From the NCBI GenBank assembly GCA_030704615.1, contig CM060731.1:89342001-89406000 (forward strand): a DNA stretch of 64,000 nucleotides, given 5' to 3'. Shown here piece after piece: positions 39,716 through 51,729 of the stretch. The position numbers and the translations under genes are program-made. How positions within the stretch are numbered: position 1 is the stretch's first letter; the number at the start of each line of letters is the position of its first letter. The notes beneath the pieces were generated by a model. That model was given only the letters and a program-made list of their open reading frames with translations, was not told where the DNA came from and searched no databases. This stretch comes from Takakia lepidozioides (lineage: Eukaryota > Plantae > Bryophyta).

Positions 39716-40149
39716 GTGAGCAACGCAGAGTGCGGAGTGGAGTACACTTCCTCGATGGTCTCTCTGCCTACCGAGACGGTACAGGCAGTGAGTGGGGGCG
39801 AGCATGTGAGGACCACGGGGTGCAGGCATCCATGGCACACGTGGGAGGTGCTCGAGGTTCAGAGGGAGTTGGCAGCCAAGGTGGCGATGAAAGATGAGGT
39901 TGGGATTTTTCTCGGGTGGAGGAAGTCCTTGAGGATGAGATGATGGGGCAGGATGAGGCCCTTGTCCCTATGACTGAGCAGGTAGGGAGTACTGCTCAAG
40001 AGGTTGCAACATAGCAACCACTGGACGCGTCCTCTACCTCTAAGCCCACTGGACTTAAGGTTGCAGTTACGGAGGACAATGGGAGCCTGACATTGGACCC
40101 ATTGTCACCGGAGGAGAGAGACGACGTATACGGCGGTTCCTGAGGGCTT

Positions 40150-41560
40150 ACAGGAATTGCTTTGCCTTCAGTTTGAAAGGACTTTGGAGCACTGAAGGGT
40201 CAAGAGATCCGTATTGAGTTGGCCACTGACACGCCAATCTTTCGGAGACCCTATAGATACAGTGACATGGAGAGGTCTTTGATTCAGATGAGGACTCAAG
40301 ATCTCTGGGAGGTGGTTTGGTGGAGCTCTCTGGTGGAGAGTATGCTTCAGCCACAGTGATGCCAGCCAAGAAGGATGTCTATGGCAATTGGACGGAGAGA
40401 CGTATGTGCGGTGATTACCGGCCTGTAAATCGTCAGACCAAGTCCGATAAGTATGCCATGCCAACACCAGAGGAGATCTTTGATGCCATCGGGCATGCTA
40501 AGGTCTTTAGCACTTTGGATTTACGATCCGGATATCACCAGTTGCCAATCAAGGAGGCGGACAAGCAGAAGACAAAATTCTGGGGGATCAATGAGCACGG
40601 CAAGGATTGCCTATATCAGTGGCGGTACCATTTGGGCTTAAGAATGCTCCTGCAGAGTTTCAGAGAGTCATGGATAGGATTCTAGCAGGGGTGGACTTTG
40701 CTCGGTGCTACATAGATGACATCATCATCTTTAGTGTTACGATGGAGGAGCATGAGAGAGACACCTTCAGGTGGTATTGGAGCGCTTGAGAGCGCACGGA
40801 TTGAAGTTGCATCCGGGGAAGTGCAAGTTTTTCCACAACCAGATTGAGTATCTGGGTCACATGATATATCCTGGAGGATTGGGGGTACAGTACAGCAGAC
40901 TAAGGTAGAGGCCATTGCACAAATTCCACGCCCCACGGATGTGAGCCGAGTTCGAGCTTTCATGGGGTTGGCAAACTATTATAGACGGTTTGCAAAGGCT
41001 CTAACCAAGCTGACCAAGGTGGACCAAGAGTGGCAGTGGCAGTGGGAAGATGAGCAGGAACGAGCTTTTCAAGAGCTCAAGGCGAGGTTGACCTCGGCGC
41101 CTATCCTGAGACGACCTATCAGGGGGCGTCCTTTCAGCTGCATACGGATTGGAGCATGCTGGGGCTTGGAGCGGTGCTCACACAGGTGGATGATGAGGGA
41201 AGAGAGTTCGTAGTGGCTTATGCTAGCCGCTCGAACAACGCTGCAGAGGCTAAGTACAGCTCATATGAGGGAGAGTGCTTAGCTGCAGTGTGGGCCGTGG
41301 CACACTTCAGGTGCTATCTTCACCCTTGTCACGGATCACCAGCCACTCAAGTGGTTGATGGAGTCAGACAAGCTTACCGGGAAGCTTGCACGGTGGGCAC
41401 TCATACTCCAGGAGTATGACTTTCAGGTTGTGCATCGACCGGGTTTGGTCAATCGGGATGCGGATGGATTGAGTCGCAATCCATGCATGAGCCAGCAGGA
41501 TGACACTGGAGCTCGGTGGCATGGTGAGACGGACGAGGAGATGGTGCCGGATGGCACGCA
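40150..41560 (+). pseudogene. Reverse transcriptase and RNase H of the DNMT-Gypsy element
   Basis: RMCGDYRPVN; LDLRSGYHQ; PFGLKNAP; CYIDDIIIFS; HTDWS; YEGECLAAVWAV; DADGLSR. Confidence 0.92.
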
Positions 41561-41569
41561 TCTGCATTT

Positions 41570-43173
41570 TTGTGTATCTTGGCATCGGGAGGTCAGGTTG
41601 GACCTACAACAGGGATGACTGTAGACGGAGTGTCTGAGGACCCTGAGGCTAGTGATGAGCCAGGTGGTGCCAGAGATATACATGAGGATTCGGCTGTGTT
41701 GGACTACCTCCGCACAGGAGACACGGCAGCCACTGTGACTGCCAGGGAGAGGGATCGGATCCTGCAACGAGCCAAGAGGTTCAAGTGGGAGGGGATACAC
41801 CTACTTCGAGTGTGGGAGGATGGTCGGGTGAGGATTGTGCCTCACCCCACACAGCGTGCACGGTTAGTGCGGCATGCCCATGAGGAGTTGGGGCATTTTG
41901 GAGTGCGACGCACTCACAGTTTACTGCAAGGGCAGTATTGGTGGCGTGGTATGCATATAGAGGTGCAACAATTCGTGGCTAGGTGCATGGTGTGTGACAG
42001 GGTGCGTGCTTCATTCAACACCCCTACACCACAGTTGCATCCTTTACCAATCATGGGATTGGGCTACAGGTGGAGTCTTGACTTCGCAGGACCGTTGCCA
42101 CTGACTATGCGCCACCACAGATATGTGTTGGTGATGGTGGAGCACTTCTCCAAGTGGATTGAGTTGGTTCCATTGCCTGACAAGGCTAGTGAGGGGGCTG
42201 CGTATGCATTCTTGGATCGTGTGCTTAGCCGATTTGGTGCTCCAGCTGAGGTACTCACGGACCAAGGGAGAGAGTTCTTGGGGGAGTTTCAGGCTTTGTG
42301 TGATAAAGCCTTGATAGACCACCGCACCACTTCTCGGGATCATCCTGAGGCCGATGGCTTAGCAGAGAGAGTTGTTCAGACGGTGAAGAGGGGTTTGCGC
42401 AAGTATGGCTTGCAGAAGGGACACCTAGGAGATTGGGATCTTCAGGTTTCTTGGTTAGCCATGGGCTACAGGTTCAGCAAACAAGCATCACTTGCCTCCT
42501 TCTCACCATATTTCCTTCTCTTTGGCCGAGAGCCGGATTTGCCTGCAGCCATTCGTAGGGACACTGCTCAAGTCCTTAACCTTGACGATCCGGACGTGTG
42601 GGTACGTGCATGTGATCAGCGTGCAGAGTTGTTCAAGAAAGTCATGCCCATGGCTTTTGAGAACCTTGCCATTGCACAGCACCGTGATACGTTGAGGTAT
42701 GCCACTATACGTGGTGGAGGATATCGTCCTGGGGTTCGGAGGTTTAGCCCTGGTGACTATGTTTATTTGCAGCAGACTGCTCCTACGACTCTGGATGTTA
42801 CTGCAGGCGTGTTATTCTGAGGGTTCGAGAGGTGTTGCCCTCAGGGGTCCTGATCTTGGAGGGTCGGGATGGCATGACTTGGAAGGACCATGTGCGTAAT
42901 TGTACGCCATTTCACCTTCCCAATGTCGATGGCAGAGTTGACCCAAACTTGGCAGTGGTACCTGCAGGTTTGAGGTGCATGCTCTGTGGGTCTGCCAAAG
43001 GGGCAGCCACCATGCTGGTGTGTGATCGATGCTCAAGGGGTTGGCATATGGGATGCTTGATACCACCTCTTGAGAAGGTTCCTGACGGAGATTGGTTGTG
43101 TCCACACTGCTTGGATAGTGGCAGTGGACATGACTGGAGGCAGCTAACAAGACATGGGAGGCCAAGCTCATAG
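41570..43173 (+). pseudogene. DDE integrase followed by a C-terminal PHD finger (42976-43110)
   Basis: HAHEELGHFG...CMVC; SLDFAG, LTDQG, AERVV; CMLC...MLVCDRCSRGWHMGCLIPPLEKVPDGDWLCPHC (C4HC3). Confidence 0.92.
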
Positions 43174-43350
43174 GAGTCAATACATGAGATCCCAAGCTCA
43201 AGTTCACAGGTTGCAAGACGGCGACTAACGATGGGGCAACTCTTGCACCCGGCCTCTTGATCTATCGAGTTTGAGTGTAATAGGGATAGTGGTGGAGGAC
43301 ACTATCACATCTTGTGGCTACCTGGACTTAGAGGGACCTAAGCACCAGCT

Positions 43351-43359
43351 AGGGGGGCG
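43351..43359 (+). promoter_or_regulatory. Polypurine tract
   Basis: AGGGGGGCG lies immediately before B1. Confidence 0.75.
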
Positions 43360-43538
43360 ATTGTGTGGACTAGTGACTGCCATAGTGGGCAGCACAGTGG
43401 CAGCCTAGTGACTGACTAGTTGTAGCCTAGTGGCTGGACTAGTGGCTGGACTAGTGGTATACTAGTGTGTGGTGTGCACATGTGTTGTGTGGTTTTGGAC
43501 AACGATGTAGTTGTGTAGCGATATGTATGCGCACGATA
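43360..43538 (+). repeat. Terminal repeat B1 (179 bp), directly after the PPT
   Basis: Colinear with 43867-44044. Confidence 0.95.
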
Positions 43539-43540
43539 GA

Positions 43541-43866
43541 TGTCAAGTTATTTTACCACTAGTGTGAAACTAGCTAGGAAATAGCTAGCTTTTACATATT
43601 GACATTTGGGATTAGCCCAAGTGTCAATCTAGGGGTCAATATAGATTTAGGCCCTGGAGTGGTTATCTTCACGGCAAGCGCGGGAGGCTCATCTTTCTCG
43701 AGTTGAGCCTCACCGCGCCTAGCTATGGCGCAGTAGTGTGGATTCCCCATGGCGTGGGGTGCACTTGGCTTGACTTGTATTTGAGTGATGAGGTTATATA
43801 TGCATGAGTTTATGCTTCAGCTTTGTGAGCTCGCATGAGCTTGTGCTCGTATTTTTCTTCTTTATC
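43541..43866 (+). repeat. Terminal repeat A2 (326 bp)
   Basis: Colinear with 25753-26078. Confidence 0.95.
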
Positions 43867-44044
43867 ATTGTGTGGACTAGTGACTGCCATAGTAGGCAGC
43901 ATAGTGACAGCCTAGTGACTGACTAGTTGTAGCCTAGTGGTTGGACTAGTGGTGGACTAGTGGTATACTAGTGTGTGGTGTGTACATGTGTTGTGTGGTT
44001 TTGGACAGCGATGTAGTTGTGTAGCGATATGTATGCGCACGACA
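43867..44044 (+). repeat. Terminal repeat B2 (178 bp)
   Basis: Colinear with 43360-43538; ends GCACGACA. Confidence 0.95.
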
Positions 44045-44679
44045 ATACAAACGATGGTGTCGAACCCATTGTACAGTCGACAGGACGGGATCATGCCTCA
44101 CCGATACGACCAGCTCCACCACAATGCCAAAACCGATCCAGCTCCCCATCAACACAGCGGGCATTAAGGAGCAACAGGGTTGATCTGTTTTCCTCACGCA
44201 TGCATCATTCTGCTGCATTGGACCGGACAGAAGTTGAAGCCTCGGATGATGACAACCTGCCACTACAATTCTACCTTAACCAACGTGTTGTGCAGCAGAC
44301 CCGTGGTTCCTCACATGCCGGACCATCTAATGCCGGTCCATCTCGGGCAGTCCCCCCTCCGATACCTCCTTCGAGACCACCTTCGATTGCGTCCCAAGTC
44401 CATAAACGACAAAGAACAGTCCAACCTTTTGTGGGCGATCGGCCCACAAACAGGCCAAATACCATTGATGGTATTCAAGACCGGAGCGGGAGTCGACCTC
44501 AGAGAGAACTAAATGTGGTTCGAGGTCGGCCTGGACATATGAGGTCGGATAGGGAGGACGATTCCAGCACTAATCATGGCAACGGTGGTGAAGTCGAGGG
44601 TGACCCGAATTTTCAACCCATCGGAGCATTAGGATTAAGATCTTCTTCGTCCCGCCGTCGAAGCAGTAGAAGGAATTGA
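44045..44679 (+). pseudogene. hAT transposase C-terminal tail, last piece
   Basis: In frame with the middle piece (...NPVH|TNDGVEPIV...) once 25753-44044 and one ATAC copy are removed. Ends SSSRRRSSRRN*. Confidence 0.65.
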
Positions 44680-44866
44680 AGCAAAAGAGCTGTAGGCATG
44701 CATCCGCATTTTTTAGTAGACATGTTTATATTTCTGTACTGAAGTAATACCAATGTGATCATTGTCACTATGAGTATTTGTATTGCTGTTGTGTATGTGT
44801 TGGAAAATAAAAGATGTTGCACATGTATATACCAGCCAAAATGTCGGCCAAAAGCACCGTCACTTG

Positions 44867-46307
44867 CGGCAGTGGGAGGAGGAGCAAGAAGAAGCCTTTG
44901 AGGAACTCAAAGCTCGATTGACTTCTGCACCTATTCTGAGGCGGCCTATTCGGGGGCGGCCTTTCCAGCTACATACAGATTGGAGTATGCTGGAAATTGG
45001 ACTAGCAGTGCTCACACAGGTGGATGACGAGGGAAGAGAGTTCGTAGTGGCATATGTCAGCCGCTCGAATAATGATGCCGAGGCGAAGTATAGCTCATAT
45101 GAAGAGGAGTGTCTAGCTGCGGTATGGGCAGTGACACATTTCAGATGCTACCTCTATGACAACCTCTTCACCTTTGTCACGGATCACCAACCATTGAAGT
45201 GGTTGATAGAGTCAGACAAGCTTACAAGGAAGCTTGCACGGTGGGCATTTATGCTTCAAGAGTACGACTTCCAGGTGGTGCATCGAGCCGGTATAGTCAA
45301 TCGGGATGCAGATGGGTTGAGTCGTAATCCATGCACGAGCGAACATGATAATACTGGAGCTCGGTGGCATGGTGAGACGGATGAGGAGATGGTGCCATGA
45401 TGACATGTATTTGCCTTTTTGTGCATCCTAGCAATGGGAGCTCAAGCTGGTCCATCCCATAGGATTGGTCATGTAGATGGTGTGCATGACAATCCGGAGA
45501 TCAGTGAGGAACTTGGTGCTGCTAAGAATGTGCATGAAGATGCAGCAGTGTTGGCCTACCTTCGTACATGAGAGACAACAGCCAGTGTGACTGCTAAGGA
45601 GAGAGATTGGATCCTACAACGAGCCAAGAGGTTCAAGTGGGAGGGGACTCACCTACTCCGAGTATGGGAGGATGGACGAGTGAGGATTGTGCCTCATCCA
45701 ACACAACGAGCGCGATTCGTACGCCATGCCCATGAGGAGTTGGGACATTTTGGGGTGCGACGCACTCATAGTTTGCTGCAAGGACAATACTGGTGGCGGG
45801 GCATGCACATGGATGTGCAATAGTTAGTGACAAGGTGCATGGTGTGTGATAGAGTGCGGGTTTTTTTCAATGCACCTACTCCACAATTGCATCCTTTACT
45901 CATTATGGGTTTGGGCTATCGTTGGAGTCTTGACTTTGCAGGCCCATTGCCACTAACGATTCCCCATAATAAGTATGTGTTGATGATGGTGGAACATTTC
46001 TCCAAGTGGATTGAACTGGTAGCATTGCGTGACAAGACAAGTGAGGAGGCTGCGTATGCATTCTTAGATCGAGTGCTTAGCCAATTGGGTGCTCCAGCCG
46101 AGGTACTCACGGACCAGGGAAGAGAGTTCTTGGGGGAATTTCAGGCTTTGTGTGAGCAAGCTTTGATAGATCACTGCACTACTTCCCGAGATCATCCCGA
46201 GACTGATGACCTGGCAGAGAGGGTTGTACAAACAGTCAAGCGAGGCTTGCACAAGTATGGATTGCAGAAGGGACACTTAGGAGATTGGGACCTTCAGCTA
46301 CCTTGGT
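44867..46307 (+). mobile_element. Orphan RNase H-integrase fragment of a diverged relative of the DNMT-Gypsy family
   Basis: Colinear with ~41035-42455; contains premature stops; no terminal repeats. Confidence 0.88.
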
Positions 46308-47070
46308 ATAAGGAATGACAAACAGAAGAAGTACATGTCAGTTCTGTGCTTGCGGCACGCGATATCCCAGCTTGCAATGTCACTCTTCCGTTCCATCCTG
46401 GGCAACCAGCCTATGTTCTAAGCACCAATCACCCAAACACAATTTACATTGTTTACAACCCCGGATGCGAATGGGTTTTTTGCACTTCCCATGGGCAATG
46501 AAGGGCAATTTGTGCAAGCATCAAGTCTAAGTCCTGAAGTTGCTTCATCCACACTTGCAGGATGGACTCATAGTTCGCGCTTGTGGCACGGCACTGGGAA
46601 CCATTCATGGAGGATTGCATAATGTGTTTAGGGTTCATGCAAGTGGTGGCGACGAAGAGGGTTTAGGAAATGCAACAGAAGGCCCTTCCACAGATGACTT
46701 CCCCTATGATACGGAGCCTGTCCTCGTACCATCCTCCATGGATGAAGAATTTGCAAACATACTTTGCATTGTTGGGGACGAAAAATACCTGGAGAAACAT
46801 GTGTTGTCTTCTCTTTGTATCTGTAGGGGGCAGCTTGTTGATATTCTCGCCAAGAGTGTTGCAGGAATGTTGCACCCTGCGGCAGCAAAGAGCTTCCGTC
46901 CTGTAAATGACAACAACAATATGTCGCTGAAAAGGAAACGGGATTTCGTTGAGGCATGGAAAACACGACCAGGATCTTGCGCAAAACATGGAAGAGGGTT
47001 GGTGCCCCAACACCTGCAGCACGCATATACTCCACAATCCGGAGGATCGCAGACCGTATACCAGTTGTAG
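46308..47070 (+). pseudogene. 3' fragment of a SWIM-finger (MULE-type) transposase
   Basis: Frameshifted ...GFC...PWAMKGNLCKHQV*VLKLLHP, a CxC...CxH-like pattern. Confidence 0.55.
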
Positions 47071-47964
47071 AGTAGGAAATGTAGGAAATGTAGGAAATTG
47101 TATATTATCATTCTCCCGATGAAATAAAATTTTGGCGGTACGATTGCATATGCACTAGACTTCCAACCTATCTGCCAACCAACCTAGTAAACCAGTCTTC
47201 TGGCATCTGAACCAGTATGCTCAACTAGTCTTCTACCGTCTGAACCAGTCTGCTCAACCATCTGAACCAGTTTGCTCAACCAGTCTTCTGGTGTCTGAAC
47301 TAGTCTGCTGTACCAGGCTGGGACTCAGTCTTTGAACAGTCTGCTGTGCCAGCCTTCTCCTTAGCAGAGTAGTCTCCCGGTTCTGAACGTGCCTGCACCT
47401 GGCTGACCAGTGAGCCTCATGCGGTCTGCCCATCAGACTGGCCATTCTCAGTACGGTGGATTCTCACTTACTCTGCTGACCAAACTTGGCAGACTATTGG
47501 CCAATGCCGTCCGCCTGTACTCTACCACTCTGGTGACTCTCGACAGTCTACTCACCAGTGCAGACTCATGGTTCCCAATCGCATCTGCCAGTCTGCCGGA
47601 CTGGTCCCAACTCCTCAGTCCATCGGACTCTCGTCAGTCTGGCGACATTGTCCTCTGTCTGCTCACAAGCCTAGGCATACCCTCTTCCTGTACATTGGCA
47701 GTCTGCTAACTCTCGGCTGTTTGCTGACTAGTGGACTCCCTTGGTATGTCAAACAAAATGATTGTGTGTGCAGGGGTAAGTCCGCTTAACAACATGCAGT
47801 GAATTGGTCACAAATCTACAGCGACTACTCCACACTGCACTCATATGCGACCAATAGGATGTGTATGCAAAGTCATATTTTATTTCGTTGCAAATGCTCA
47901 AAAGCATGCTTACATGACAAATGCGTCCTATGGTGCACCTCTAATCTCGGGTCCAGATGGATAT

Positions 47965-49186
47965 CTATGAGGATACTGCTTTCTCAGCAGCGGTCAAACC
48001 AGTCAAGATAAACTTAAGACACTGCATCCGTTGGCCAAGTGCAAACTTGAACGTAAACCAGTGATTTGTGAAAGGTACTCCTCTCTCTGCCCTTTTAGAA
48101 GAGGTTCGACTATGCCCAGTTTGTAGCCATTCATAATATCCTTGGATGAAGGACATGATGTAAAACCCGCATTCCCAGCTGAATGGCTGTTGGGGCACTT
48201 TTGGCTGGTTGAACTGAAATGCCCTAACCTCCTCCCAACCCGGTGAATCAACATTGTAGCCTAAACACTCCGCATGCAGCTTCCGTATCCATGACAAAAC
48301 ATATGGGCAACCATGCAAAGACTTGATGGAGTTTATGTGAGTGTAGTAGCCTTTCCGCACGTCGATGACAACAACACTCCAGTGCGCCCTGCAAGACAAT
48401 TCTCATGAGTCTCACGGCATCAGTCCTCTCAGCAGACCACTCCAACTGCCTTTCCAACAGACTCTACAGACTCGCAAGTAGGCTAGGTCCTGGTCCTAGT
48501 ACACTCAGCCGACTCAGCAGAGTCACGACTCAGCAGACTCAGAAGACTCATCACTCAGCAGACTCGGCATAATGAGCAGACTCAGCATAATGGGCAGACT
48601 CAACAGATTGAGCAGACTCAGGGCAGAGTGGGCAGACCGAGCAGACTATCCTCATTTAAAAGACTGGGCAGATTTGCCAGACTGAGCAGACTGAATGGAC
48701 TCAACCAGCGAGAGGCAGGTGTTCTGATTGTGGAGGAGTAAGATCTCGCATACCCAGTCGTTCTGTCGGGCCAGTATTTTGAATGACGTCACTACGTTAT
48801 TATATGATGGCAGTCTTTTATGTCTTTGCCGAGCCGAGAGACGCTCCAGCAATAATGCAGATACTCCACTAGCATTTCCCGTGGCCCGTCCCAATGTGTC
48901 ATCATACAAGACCACGTTGAGGCTGACAGAAGAGCAACAGTACTTGAGTACTTCTCCTCAACCGTCTTCTCATAGACACTACAGGAAAAAAGGGGGGGTT
49001 TTGCGACGCCGCAGCCACGTCGCGGCGTCATAAAACAGCCCTTTTCGGGCAGGGGGGAAAACCCAAATTTGCGACGTCCGGGCGTCACAAGCCCGTCGCA
49101 AGGGCATCGCCAAAAAAACGTCGCAAATTTGCGACCAATGGGGGTCGCAAATAGACGAAACCGCAATTTGCGTCGCCCGGACGTTG

Positions 49187-49229
<43 letters not shown>

Positions 49230-50140
49230 ACTCTGTAATGCAGAATTAGCACCGTCCGGGGGTCGCAAAGTGCGACGCCCGGATGTCACAATTTAAGGGG
49301 GTAAATTTGAATTTAGGTGGGAAAATTTGAATTTGAATTTTGAATTTCAAAAACTTGTTGACTATTGACTCGGGCGTTGACCATTGACTCCGGTTCTGTC
49401 TAATGGCGATATGTTCATTGTTCTACATATCTGATGCAATGCATACTTGAACCTAATACCTCCACGTTATAACATTTCCTAAGACACTATAAACTAACCA
49501 ACACACCTACGCTACATCTATGTATCACAAAAACAATCTAAATATATATATACACATATAAAGATTTCCTTCAAGAGCCTTCAAAAGCCTTCAAGTTCAT
49601 TCTAAGGGGGTCTCTCTTGTGACGCCGGGGAGTTGCAACCTCCACAGTCTTAGTGCCAGCGTGTCGCAGCAGCATCACCATAGTAGGAGTTTTTTTTTTT
49701 TTTTTTTTGGCTTTGCGGCCCTCAACTTCATGAAAGCGTCGCTGGGGGCGCCCTTAGTGACGCTTCTGCGACGCCCTGGCGTCACAACGTCCAAAATAAA
49801 AATAAAAATAAAAAATATTTTAAAAAAATCCGTCGCAGCGAGGGCCCTCTTTCCCCCTTCATGCCACCTTACGATGGCTGGGCGTCGTAACGGTGTCGCA
49901 AAAAAACGCCGCGGGCTCGGCGTCGCAGACTTAGCGCTACGCGGGCCGTGGAGGCGCGGCTGGCGTCGCAAACCCCCCTCATTTGCTGTAGTGAGAAACG
50001 ACACCACAGCTCCAGCATTCTATCTGTGCACTCCGACTCCACCGTCTCAAGTGGCTTCAAGTCCGGAGGCCCGATGGAGCACTCATACCGGGGGTCGCCT
50101 TCATAAAAGTGAACCATGCAATTGCCGACCGTGACATTCC
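47965..50140 (-). pseudogene. Ulp1-like SUMO protease (peptidase C48) exons, split by the CACTA element
   Basis: HWSVVVID...HINS...VPQQPFSWECGFYIM. Reads RMLELWCRF|YEKTVEEKYS after removal of 48977-49993. Confidence 0.8.
48977..49993. mobile_element. Non-autonomous CACTA element (1017 bp)
   Basis: CACTACAG...CTGTAGTG termini; 3-bp TSD AGA; GCGACG/CGTCGC subterminal repeats; no coding capacity. Confidence 0.93.
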
Positions 50141-51006
50141 GTCGCAGGGCCACGACAAAACGAGAACCCAACTTGCACACAGACCACGGCCTTGTGTGAA
50201 AACCCATGTACGCAACGGTCTCAGCGGACTGAGTGGACTCGCCAGACTCGCCAGACCGAGCGGACTGAGTAGACTTACACTTCTGAGCAGACTGGAGTGA
50301 CCAGACTCAACAGACTGGGAGGACTACTCACTGGTGTATTTGTCGCTGAAGAACCAGTTCCTTGTCCGTATCCAATGCCATTTTGCGGTCCTTGTTCATG
50401 AAGACAGCGGACTTGCCTTTCTTCGCAGGTTTCTTGGCAACGGGACCCTCCCGCACTTCCTGAGTCTGCTCCACGACAGTCCGCTTCTTCGCTCTACTTG
50501 TGTCCAGGGATTCGGCGACTACTGTGGCCGGGTTCGATTCAGCAGACTGACGAAGTGATGCGGTCCTGATTCGCAACACGACTATGTCTGCAGGTTTGTT
50601 CACACTTGCAGGACCTGTATTGGACAGCCTCACGGGTCGCATGCGTTGAACTGAACCGTGCATCTGTTGGCGTTGTTAGTAAGCCACCTTTTCTGGTTGT
50701 GGAGCCAACGTGAGCAGCATGGGCGGGTTGTGGAATTGCCTAGGAGGGAAACGGTGTCCTGAAGTCCTGTAGGTACAACAGATCCTGTGAATACACAAAA
50801 AATGAACATAAATCTGAAATCACAGAGGTGGAAGACGGCAAGGCACAACCTGTACGACGTCATTGGAAGGAAGCGACTGGGCAGACTGCTCTCCTGCTTG
50901 AACGCCCAAGTCCGCTTGCTATAGCCAGGGGCATTATGACAGACTCTGTGTGCGCGACATGTTGGCCCTCAGTCTGTCCAATGTTATCGTCAGTCTACTG
51001 GGCAGT

Positions 51007-51729
51007 TGCAGGGTTGAGTGGACCAAAAGTGGCAGATCCTGCTCCATGAAAGTCCATGACCAAAAAAACAAAGTTGATGATACTATCCCAAACTATTTTT
51101 TTAATGATAGATAATGGTATACTAAACATATTTAGTAAAGAGTCCTACCCCAAATATTAAAGATATAATTCATTAAACATTTTAGTCTATTATTTAGAGA
51201 AACTAAAAATTAGAGTTTACAAAAACATTTCAATATGACACCTAGCCATTGAAGATTATAGGTTTTAATACTTCTAGAAAAAAACTGACACCCAAAATCC
51301 AAAAAACAAGATGAGCTATGGACTTTTCAAAAAATGCCTATTTTTTTGACATATATTAGTCCATATGAGTCAAATGACAAATGATTTTGCCACTTCAAAT
51401 ACATACCTATGATGTGGGCCAAAATGGCCACCTTATGTCCAAATTTCAACGGAATTCACCAATGGCACATATGAGAACTTGAGTCCATTGTAATTCCATT
51501 CATCGCGGTAACAGTCCACAATGACTGTGTTCAAAAGTCCATAGCGGAGTCAGTTCTTATCGGATTCATGATTGGAGAGTTTCTATGGGTGCGTATTGAA
51601 GCTAGGAATCCAATGACATATATATTTGCTGGTTTTAATGAGTTAATTCAATTTCAATTGATGACACCATCAATTGCAGTCATCTAAAACTGTGCTGGTA
51701 ACGTCCATTTTGGTCCAGACAACCCTGCA
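51007..51729. mobile_element. AT-rich non-autonomous TIR element, superfamily unresolved
   Basis: TGCAGGGTTGAGTGGACCAAAAGTGG ... CCATTTTGGTCCAGACAACCCTGCA; sharp drop in GC content. Confidence 0.75.

Larger units (their letters stand above)
25753..44044 (+). mobile_element. Ty3/Gypsy-type retroelement with DNMT and PHD domains and split direct repeats (A1...B1-A2-B2)
   Basis: Ends TGTC...GACA; 4-bp TSD ATAC (25749-25752, 44045-44048). Removing it restores the host hAT frame. Domain order is gag-PR-DNMT-RT-RH-INT-PHD. Confidence 0.9.

Noticed and set aside
25753-44044. DIRS/Ngaro tyrosine-recombinase element
   Set aside because: No YR motifs were seen. It has an HHCC-DDE integrase, TG...CA ends and a TSD.
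49187-49227. Poly(A) tract as a LINE/SINE tail
   Set aside because: It lies within CACTA subterminal repeats, is mirrored by a poly(T) at ~49689-49708, and has no TSD.
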